Shown here piece by piece: positions 37,596-48,700 of a stretch of 64,000 bases of DNA. The notes under the pieces were generated by a model. It had not been told where the DNA came from, did not search any database, and saw only the letters and a program-made list of their open reading frames with translations. Source of the DNA: Priapulus caudatus (Eukaryota); contig NW_014577078.1 in assembly GCF_000485595.1 (NCBI RefSeq), positions 909,115-973,114 on the forward strand. The letters run 5' to 3'. Within the stretch, counting starts at the first letter, position 1. Every line of letters begins with the position of its first letter. Both the position numbers and the translations under genes were made by a program.

Positions 37596-40500
37596 AAGCT
37601 GAATTGTGATTGGCCGAGCCGAGCAGGCGCACGTGTGCCGCCGTGCGACGGGAGGTAGGAGAGCGGCGGTGCCTACTTCGCGTGCTGGTCGTCTGGTCGT
37701 GATGAGCTGTTGGCAGCGTGTGACTGCGTAACCACGGCGATCGTACAAACGCCCTGCATGAGAGTGCACCGCTTGGAGCCAAAAACTGGGAGTGGCGAAA
37801 ACGATGCTGGCGTGGCAGTGGTGTCTTCACTCCTTCGATGTGCAAAAACTGCAGGTTCAAACCTTTAGCTTGTTTGTGATACGTTCCGTAATACTTGTTG
37901 TTGACCGTCAGGTTTAAGTTATTTGCGTCGGTTTCTGTCCCGGTGTGAAGAAGCCGTGGCTTCTGCCCGTTATCAGCCAGTGGCCACGCATGTGAGTTGC
38001 GGAGCAAGTTTTATCTTCCACTGTGGTGTCCAGGCAGTAGGCGGCCACTGTAGCGGTTACTTGTTTTAGTTTTCTTTTTTAGGTTCTAGAATCGGATTGA
38101 GAAAAACGAGGCGAGATAGCGACTGGCCTACTGTGCCAATGTCGACTAACGTGGGACGATTGGTATAGAGCAGGGATGGTGAATTTATGTGCTGCTCATC
38201 AGAGGTTGACGCGAATGCTCGTTGGAAATGCATGCGTGATTGTTGTTTTTGAAAATGCCGTGGTTTCGACGGTTTTGTGGACGGCTGCAGATCAGTTCAC
38301 CCAGCGCATCAGTGGGAATGACTGCTGTCACCACCGTCTCTTCCCGTTGAAACTGGCTCCATGGTTGGTGCGCACTCACACAACGTGCGTACGTCTACGC
38401 GCGAGTGAACGTAACGGACATTTTCTTGTGGTAGAGGGCATGCTATTGGCTTGTGCTGCTTGCTAGCGGAGGAGCGTTACGTACATAAGCGTGTCCAAAC
38501 GCTTTCATTCACGGAGTGACAAGTCGGTCAGGTTACGGGCAGATTTACCTGTGTGTTTGTTTCACACGTCGTGCTCAGTCTTTTGTATTAACTTGCTGCC
38601 ATATAGCGTAACGTCTGTTTAATCGAATGCACCATTAATGTAGACGAGAGACCACTGGGCTCATGCAACTATACATGATAAGCAGGCAACAACTGCATCG
38701 AACAGGTGAATGCGCGTTCACATGTCGGGTCTATTTTGACACCAGATGTTGGTTGTCTTGACACGTGAGAGTCGGAGAAAACCAATGACGTTGGTTCGGA
38801 TCTCGATGTATGTGATTTTTCCGCCATTCGCTCCCGCGCCAGTGTGGTTGCGAATCGGATGATTGTAGACATAGAAGCCACCGCCGACCCAGAATATAAT
38901 GATAGTGATGGATGTTGCCATGTATACTCATTACGTGTGGACGTAACCCGTTTTAATTTCTTAGGAGTGTTGGCACGTCGTTGTCCATAAACGGCCCGGT
39001 ACAGTGTCTCGCTCTCTCTTGTGTCGATTATCATCAAAGATTTCAGGTATATTTTAGTACATATTAAGCAACTGCTAGATGTAATTACTGTCTGAGAACA
39101 CGGGGAGTTCTTAGTAGTTATTGAAACATAGCAGCTCTGCTATTAGATGAAGGTTACATCCGTGTATTGGAACTGCTGTAGCAGCTAGGTGCGCACAATG
39201 GATTAGTGCAATGTAGCAGACCGAGTGCACAGCATCATATGCAGCATGGCTTACTATATCATGACAAACGCGTTTTATTTGTATCGGGAACCTTAATCTG
39301 GCAACAGACCTATAGTATACCTATATCTATCACACTGCTATCGTATATAGACTTTTATGCACATAATACGTGTCGGGAGGCAGTGAATGTGTATGCGTGC
39401 GCGTGCGTGTGCGTGTGGGTGCATCTTGTGTATGTGCGTGTGTGCGTGCGTGCATGCATACGTGCATGTGTGTGCATTACATAAATGCACGTGCGAACGT
39501 ATGTTTTGTAAAGTCGGACAAATGTTTAGCAAAGAGTTATTGCATAGTGATTGGTATCCCTGTCTATACAGGGCGTTAGTGGGAATCAGTGGTGAAGGGA
39601 CGTGTTCAGGTTCGGATAGAATGGTTCAGGGATAGTGGAGCGTGTCTGCTCAGTGGAGAGAGCCGAGCACATAGGTTGATTGATAGTTACCCAACTGTGG
39701 CTAGTATTATTGATTTCTGCAGAGCGGTACGCATCAAAACTACATGTTAGTCAGGGATCGTTTTAAGCAACTAACACGCTTTAGTCATATAAATACCAAG
39801 TGCTATTTCGTTGTTATGAATATTTACGAGCAGTCTCTGTGTGTATTTCTACCTATTTATCATTCAGCATTTAATAGCCAGTAGTCAGTTCATAGTAGTC
39901 GGTATCATATTTAAGAAGCACTAGCGAGTGGTCTCCATTTGGGAAAGCAATTTTGCAGAGCATGACTGCAGCTGGTGAACGTGGCTAATATGAGAACATC
40001 GTGCAAACAGAAAGGGAAATGCATATTGTGATACCCATATTACCGTGTTATACCATCGTAGCTGTAACCATTTGTAACTGTTTACATGTACATGCTCTGC
40101 CATCGCCTGTCGGGCGTCTGTGTCTCCGCGAAGGCAAACAGCAAGTGGTTAGGCGTGTATAGGAGCCTGCACCGGGGTGGGATGGGAGTGATGCGATCCG
40201 ACGCATGCGTGGCAGCACTGTGGACAAGTGCAATGAAGATGTTAGGTTCGCACGAGTAGTACGTACGTACCTGGTGTCACCCCTCAACGTCGTGCAAGGT
40301 CGTCTGACGGAGCGAGGCGAGCAAAGTTGGCTTAGTAAGCATTGAGATGAGAGCGTGTGCTGGATGGATTGGTTGGCGATGCTGCAAGCGATCGTACGCT
40401 GACAGCTAGTGGTGTTGCTAGGCGAACAGGCGACGATAAGTCTAGCACCTCGACGAGACGCGGCTAGGATGCATGGTGCCGCGTGCATCTCACATGATGA

Positions 40501-40906
40501 CAGATTGCGCGCGTCCGTCGCCGTCCTCCGACGTGCAAACGCACGTGTAGCGAGGACACGCGTAGACGGGGAGGGTGTTGTAGGTGCATGTATCTTTCTA
40601 TGCTTGCAAAGTGTTTAGTTCATATGTGCTAAAACCTCCGCACTGCAAGCTCCAGTGCCAGTATTGTGTGCGTAGAACGTTCGTTGTAACAAGTATCTGA
40701 CTGTGGAACTGTCATCAACCCTCTTGCACCACATATTACATGTGTAAAAAATAGAAAAAATTTATTTTTTGAAAGAAAAGAAGCTATTATTGTAAAAAAA
40801 AAAACTAAGTGTGTGTGTGTGCGTGTGTGCCTGTGCGTGAGCTATGGCTAGGGTGTAGACTATATATATGGTTATCAGTAGGCTTCATAGTCGCAGCAGT
40901 GATGAC

Positions 40907-40912
40907 AATAAA
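40907..40912 (+). terminator. Candidate LARP4 polyadenylation signal (others at 41126, 42148, 42874)
   Basis: AATAAA followed by a GT/T-rich tract. Confidence 0.4.
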
Positions 40913-43466
40913 TGACATTTATGCAACCTGTGTAGCTTATGCGGTTTGTGTTTTGAAGTTACGTAGTGTTTGTATGTAATAAGAAACGGTTACTGCATGA
41001 CCACGCCCCTGGAGCCTTCAATGTCTGTACATCTGTACACCTGGTTCACGCATTCTGGTTTTTGGTACACAGTCGAACGCGTGACTGCGTTGTTGGTGCT
41101 TATGCAATTGGCATTGTAAATTTAAAATAAAGTATTTGGAACGTTGCCTAATCCGTGCAAAGCTTGATGTTGCCCGATTTCAATATAACCACTGCATTTA
41201 CAGGGTTATTCACGCAGTCTAGCTTCCATAAAATCGCCTGATTCCATTAACATAATTACAGAGAATGAGCAGCATCGGGGTATGGTAATGTAACAAAAAT
41301 CATATCTGTTTGTTGTTTGTTTATTAAAAGTTGGTATATTATAATATAGTATGTTTATCTTCACATTAGCATTCTGACTGGTGTCTGTAACATCCATGGA
41401 TTTATAACGTATTCAATTCATAGTCGTGATTTTCACTGTTGTTTGCATCATGGTCAAAGATGCTCTTGTGTTTATGGTTTCCGTGTTGATTGTTTGCGGT
41501 CACGTGATAGCTTCGGTGAATCTATTTTAGCTGTGAAGTTTTAGTGTTAAACGTTGGCCAGCACAGGTAATGGTGCAGTGACACTGTGCAGATGATGAAC
41601 GGCTAGATCTGGGGTCCTGTTTGCAGGTTTGTGCTGGTCTGGTCTAGGGTGGTGTATCTAGTTCAAGTTCGACAAACACAAGAGCATTCTTGCCCATTGC
41701 TGCCATTGTGCTCACGTGTGATATTAGACTGTCGTAAATATCAATGGCGTGCCGAAGCTACTGGCAAACATAAAGTCCGAGACTGTCGCATTCCTACTTG
41801 GAAATCATGTCCTCTGCTCTAGCATTTTTATGCTTTGAATATTCGATTCTTCTTGTCTTGCTCCCTATTTGCGGAATGCACCAAAATTACTCTCCATTGG
41901 TTTTTGCGCCAGTCTGTATAAATATAATTTTTATTCGTGCATATATTAAAGCATAGTCGAGGAAGCAGAGTTAATTAACACTTACTTCTCCCTGCAAGCT
42001 AGCAAATCTGTGCAACCGGGTTGTTTGTGGGAGGATTGTGGTGTCTGTATGGTTGGCATGTCAAAACTTTGGTCTGGTTTGCCCGTCTTACACAGAGATT
42101 TATTGTGAACGCACAATGATATTCACGTGTATTTTCTTGCGGAATTTAATAAATGAACGGCATTTTTGTTGCAAGTTCCTCAGTCTGATAGTCAACTGGA
42201 AAATGAGTTTTTATATTGCGATAAGCTTACACTACAGCTACCCACATAGGAATATGTCTGTTATAATTTCATGAAAGGAGCAGTGTATGTTGTAAATGTA
42301 GACGCAAATCGAGAAAGTCGTGTGCGCGTTTGACGGTGGTTCGGTTGCTAGCAGGAAGAAGTAGTTGTGAACGTTTTAGTTAAATACAGTCATATAAATA
42401 TGAAAGGTTTAGTTTTACATTTTGAAAGGTTGTTATAGGGGAATGGTACTGTATTATAATACTGCCTTGTTATTTTCTTGAATATCTTATAATTAAACTA
42501 AGGATGCTACAGCCTTGTGTGGTGATGTCCCTTAATTGAAACAAGTATGTACCAATTAATTGCGTAATTAGTTCTCCGTGATTGGAAGTCATCCAATGTA
42601 ACTCTACTGCAGTGTTATCAATCATAACTCGTAGATGAGTAATGCAGCTAATAACGACAGGCCGACGACAAGGACTGGGCCAGAATGTAGAAGATGGAAA
42701 TGCGTATGTCATGTACTGCGGTTGTGGCAAGAGTTCTTCTATCAGTGTCAAGCCAATGACTGTGTATAGAGTAGACGAGGGGCATGTATGCGTAGCAAAC
42801 GGTGGCCCAGGCCGTTACCATGCGGCAGTTGTTTGCAGGGACCGAGTAACTATGACTAAGAGTTACTTTCGTGAATAAATTTAGTTTGCCGTTGAAACGT
42901 CTATCGCTCGGCAATTTTGGATGCCGAGTAATGTCGTGATAGATTGAAATTTTGGCGACACTGCACACCATCAGTCGGTCAATCTGCGTAAGAATTAGGT
43001 CGGCAGAACTGGCGACAGTTTTACAGATACTGTATTACGGTGAAACAGGATTAGTGTTTCACTCGACGGCGACGTCGTCATCTTGTCTCTGCTAGTTTCT
43101 TTCTGGGAAAAAGTCGTTAGACAATCACCACCTAGTATAGAACGTTTGAAGGAATATGCTTGGATTTTTGTGCTGTTACCCAGTCTTGTCGGCACTTTGT
43201 GTAGAGGAAAATACTGCATTTTTGGTCCCGTGTAGGGTGCTTTAATAATGTATAGTATTTACCCCCTATATACGCAACTGTACAATGCTGCCCTGTATGT
43301 GGGTAGGGTTCGTGCTATCAACATTTGCCCACTTGTTGTCCATGCATTGAATGCATCAAACATAAAAATTTGTGTGAAAATTGATTTGATTCTCATTATT
43401 TTTCAATTCTCACTTGACAAATTCATCCACTATTCGAGTTACATTTTTACAATAACACGATAAAAG

Positions 43467-43472
43467 TTTATT
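43467..43472 (-). terminator. Candidate LRP2 polyadenylation signal
   Basis: TTTATT on plus (AATAAA on minus), near the visible switch in strand composition. Confidence 0.4.
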
Positions 43473-45648
43473 ATTACAAAACACGTACAATGTACATATA
43501 GTTACAACACTATTTCTTCACCAAAACCATAGCACTTTGACACATGCATGAAGATAATGACGATGATGACGATTCAGGTTACTCAAAATTCTGTAAGGCA
43601 AGCTACTATATGTGGCCGGCTGGCTATATATGAAGAATGACTGTGATGTAGTTTGAAGGCATATTATGTTTTTGTGGATTAATGCAACCAAGAATAACAT
43701 ATACACATTAGTGTGTTTATGCACCCTCGATTCAACCAATACACCAGTTTTAGAACAATCTTCTCGAGCAGACAAAAATAGTATGACATCTATATATTAT
43801 GAATGACATGTAGAGCCATTTTGGACGGTAGTGAACCTGCTTGCTACGCACGCACTTGCCTTTCAAATCACTTTGTATCCCAAAACGAGTGAATGTTTGT
43901 ACATCATCGAGCAAACATTACTTGGCAATACATGGCAAATGCCGTAAGCTTTCACAGTGTGCTTATTCTAAGCCAAGTTAAAATGACGTAACACGTGAAG
44001 GTGTATACATATTCATTGGATAAAACCTGTTTAAATCAAGCCTGCCCAACTGCCAACAGTAAATTCAGCCGGGTTAGTTCTGGATAGACCACACAACCGA
44101 ACAGAGATAAAATCTATAATCTCATGTAAATCTAAATGAGCTAAATAGCAAAAAAAAAACGGGGAAAACGATTTTAATATGCAGATTATATACAGATTCG
44201 TTCGAAATATGCATATAGAATAACCAGTAATATTTAATACACGTGCAAACAGCACCTAGAGCTCATAGTCTGCATGCACATACATATATCGCAGCAGGCC
44301 ATCCTCACATCTCAGTGCCCCCCCCCTCCCCCTACGGTGATCTGTTGCATAGACATGCTGCACGACTGCGCTCACGGAAGAAACGCGACACGTAATTGCT
44401 CCTGCTTTTCACTGCCGCCGAGTAAACGTTGCTAGCAATATCACAAAGCTCAAGTCTCTCACGAGAGCGCTCGTAAAACAACACCCTCCCCATTAATAAA
44501 AGTACGTGGGGCGCATCATCTCTCGCCTCACGTATTCCCGCACCCGCAACTCGCCCTCCCATCATCGGTAATTCGTGAACAAGATTTTTAATGGATTCCT
44601 TACGTAACAAATGAACCATTCAGTAAGGCCTACGTATGATTGCTAGCAATAAAATCTGCTAGCATTGCTTGTAAATATCCAGAATTGCACATGATTACGA
44701 AATTTGACAGAACACACTCATGAATGAATACGTCACGTGAGTCCACGTTACCATGGTTACCCTCACCAATATCTACTGTCTCGAGTACATACTACTTAGA
44801 ATGTTCGCACTTATACGTTTACTATGATCAATACTCAATTGCATATAGTGCAGCACCGGTGGTAATACAAGCTAAGAGACCTCAGCTGTGATAACTGAAT
44901 GTTTCTTCGATGTGCAGATATAAACAAATAGTAGTGCGAGTTTTCCGATATGAACAGGTATCCATACAACTGCGTGTGAGTATATGGAACAACCTGGCTA
45001 ATCAACTATATACTGTGAGCGTAAGAGTGATGATCAAATGACGCTCAAGTTGAACAATGCAAGCTAAAAAAATAAACGAGACGAAATTTACACACAGTGC
45101 TATACTCCCCGTACCCTTGTAATGCACTATTTCGTGACTAAATGGTGGAATTTTGAATTGCTTAATATTTCAACGATCACACGTTTGCATTACCATAGCT
45201 TACTGTTGCACTGTTTAAACTGGTAAAATTTTGCCCATCTAATATTCTTATATTTAATTAGTAATGTTTTTATTCTATTTAGTAAACAGACATGTTTTTC
45301 TGCTGCTTAAAACCAACGCATCATGATCTCCTATGTAGTGGTCCAAAAATTGGTAACCAACATTATACTGTAGCAAAAATGCTACTTTAATTTAAAAACC
45401 ATGAGATATCTAAAATTCGCCACCACTCTCACCCTCGAGATTCTAGAATAGATCTGGGTAAACATTTCGGGATGCTAAATCTTTTCATTCCTAATAAATG
45501 ATAACGGAATGTCACCTTAATATTAAAAATTACAACAGACAGCTTTGGGGTTAAGGAGTGCGAGGTGCTCTCAATCACTCGTATAAAATAATTTTGACAG
45601 AAAAAATATTGCTGCTGACCAATATAACATTTTTTTACATGACGGCAA

Positions 45649-45762
45649 TTACACCATGCTAGCATCCTCCTCCACAAGCAAAGCAGTATCCTTCTCTGTG
45701 TCCTTAGACGAGGGATTCAGGGCCGTCTGCCGAACCATCACCTTTATATCATCTGGTTGTAT
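45649..45762 (-). CDS. LRP2: LRP2 terminal coding exon
   Basis: [37 protein letters not shown] (TAA 45651-45649). Confidence 0.9.
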   Translation of the reverse strand: MQPDDIKVMVRQTALNPSSKDTEKDTALLVEEDASMV

Positions 45763-48700
45763 CTGAAAATATGACACACGTGTAATAAACCTGATTGACA
45801 ATCCTAACATGTCCTGGTGGGAATTGAAAGTAGGTCACCCTTTACACGTCGAGTAATTTTGAGATAGGCCCCTACCCTTCCCAAACTTTATGTCGGTGTA
45901 CGATACCATTGCCATGTACAAGCCTGCAAAAGCAAAAAGATTTTTTTTTGGCCACGATATTCGTGAGAGAAAATACGTACACTTTTCCCATTAGAGGTTT
46001 GAACTGCTCCACTGCTGGGCTGTATGTCGACAGTGTCATACTCGCTCCCAGAAATCGGTGGCATGCTCTTCGACTCTGGGTTCATAACCTCCAGATTTAC
46101 AGAGTCGTAGACGGGGTTACTGAAGTCTGTAGCCTTACCACTGGCCGTGGCATCTAACACGCCATTCTGCTCCTGGGAAAATGTAATGATAATTAAATCA
46201 TGGTGATGCATGCAATAATGCAAACCTGTAAATGTGCTAAACAGTATCGCACTCTAGAATAGAATATGCTGATTTCACGGTTTTCAACAGCTCAACGTAA
46301 CAAAAATTGTTAATCAACATGCAGACGTAATGAATACCCAGTACATAGCACAACGTGCACACATCCCATAGTGATTATTCTACTATAACATGCTAGTCAA
46401 AGATTTACGAGATGCACATGTTAAGACTAAATGGATAGTAAGGTGAAACAACGCATGGCCTACTGGCAATATAATTTGTCTTTGAACCTTGAAAACATAA
46501 CTTGTCTTTGTTTGGAACGTTTTATGCTATACCGAATTTAAAATACACACAAGGTTGATATAAATCTCAGCTTCTCACCAGAGGTGAGTGAGAACGACAC
46601 GAACTGTTTTATGCAGTCGCCGATATATTATGCTGCTTACCTGATCACCATACGGCATGTCTGAGCCATCATACTGCACCATGTTGCTGCCACTTCTAAA
46701 CGACACACTCGTGCTGCTCCCCAGCTTGCCTCCACTGAAAGCACAGCGTATGAACATGTACGAACGTTAACCAACTAACGGCGTTTAAACTGAATTTTAA
46801 CAGTGTATTATAACGGCTGTACCAACACGCCACGGACTGCATATGGGCAGGTGCATTTTGCTTTTTCGCTCAGAGAAACTCACCCAAGGCCTAGGCTGTG
46901 ACGCTTGACAAACAAGAACACGGCCAGCAGTGCTAGGACTATCAGCAGTATGACAATCGGCACGATAATGGCGGCCGCCAGTTCTGCGAAAAAAATGTTA
47001 AAAAGTATGCAATTAATAATGCACTACGGTATCCATATGCCTGTATGCATGCATCTCTTAGCTACCTCCTCATCTATTCAGTAATTCTCTCAGTAACTTA
47101 CTGGCGTGTCAGTCTATGTACCTGTTATTTTGTTGACATCTCGTCAGTGTCCAGGACTTACTTAACTTAAATCATTAAATACTGTCATCATTAAATGCTC
47201 ATTACTGTAGCATATCAACATTTATAAACAGTCCAATACCTGTTAACCAGAAAAATTATCACTCATCCATGACTGTGCCGACTTACTTCCACTGTTTTTG
47301 GCGCCAGATTGTACATGACTACTCTTCGGCTGTATTAGTTCGCAACGGTCGCCGGTGAAGTCTAATGGACATCTGCAGAGTACTGAACCATCATGCGCAG
47401 AGTAACATGTTCCCCCGTTCTCACACGTGCATATGCGCGGTGCTGGTATCGGCTCCTGGAAATCTAATCAAATACCAAAGGATAGCAAAAACTACTCACA
47501 AAATGCAGTCTATAAGATATGGCATAAGCTACGTTTTACTTGTACAGTCACACCTATTTTAGCGGTCACCTCTATTGAACAGACACCTGTCTATAAATGA
47601 CACTTAGCGTTTCCCTCGAGTGACAGATCACGACCACCTCTATAGAACGCGGCACCTGACTATAAATGACACAATTAGCATCCCTTATAAGGATGCTAAA
47701 TGTGGACGAAATGTAGGACACCCCTTAATTGACTGTATATTACATTTGTGAACCGCCTCCCGAGACAAGGAAGTACCGCTCCTTCCGGCTTAATAACCTG
47801 CATGTGCCTTCTGCTTGCTTACCGGTATCATGCAGTAAACAGCATAATTATGCTAAAGAAAAATATATAAAGACATGACAGACAGTGCGAAGTACGCATC
47901 AATCAAACTACAACTCAAAATTTGGGACTTGGACCGATATCAGGAGTAGATAATAGGGAAGGAGTGTGACATCAATAAACAAGGGAAATTCGTCATTTAC
48001 TAGCCTTATAATACCTACGATTTACTATGCGTAACTCATCCAACTTGAGCTCAAATCGGACACAGTACATCCGCCTACCATCGTGCGAAATCCTTTCCTC
48101 GTATACACCCGCAATCCGGAGATACAGACTAAAACGTACGACACGATTTTCAATTCTTTGGCCATCAATCCAAATGCACTGCCCGCCTCATATTCAAACA
48201 AAAGGCAGCTACTAACCACACTGTCCACGGCTTGCGCTCACGGCGAGGCGCTGTGGCTCGCAGGGTGATTAGGCATCAACGCAACACTCGGCAAGATAAC
48301 CTTTGACCCGGTACACAGCTACAATGTATGCCTGTATGTCATACCGGCATGCCGGCAATACAGCTGGCATGCCCCCATACCACGCACGCACGCCAATCCG
48401 CTATCAGCAGCAGATCGGATTCAAATCTCCCTGCGAGCCACAGCGCCTCGCCGTGAGCGCAAGCCGTGGACAGTGTGGTTAGTAGCTGCCTTTTGTTTGA
48501 ATATGAGGCGGGCAGTGCATTTGGATTGATGGCCAAAGAATTGAAAATCGTGTCGTACGTTTTAGTCTGTATCTCCGGATTGCGGGTGTATATGAGGAAA
48601 GGATTTCGCACGATGGTAGGCAGATGTACTGTGTCCGATTTGAGCTCAAGTTGGATGAGTTACGCGTAGTAAATCGTAGGTATTATAAGGCTAGTAAATG

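Noticed and set aside
37593..37601. Stop-codon readthrough at LARP4 TGA
   Set aside because: Context TGA AAG is not the leaky TGA-CTAG type, and RSPTK matches the expected family C-terminus.
37158..38007. Minus-strand ORFs of 203 and 171 aa
   Set aside because: Antisense to the LARP4 last exon and a (TCTG)n tract; no domain features.
48025..48669. Paired near-identical ORFs on opposite strands
   Set aside because: Simply the two arms of the foldback element; no transposase-like content.
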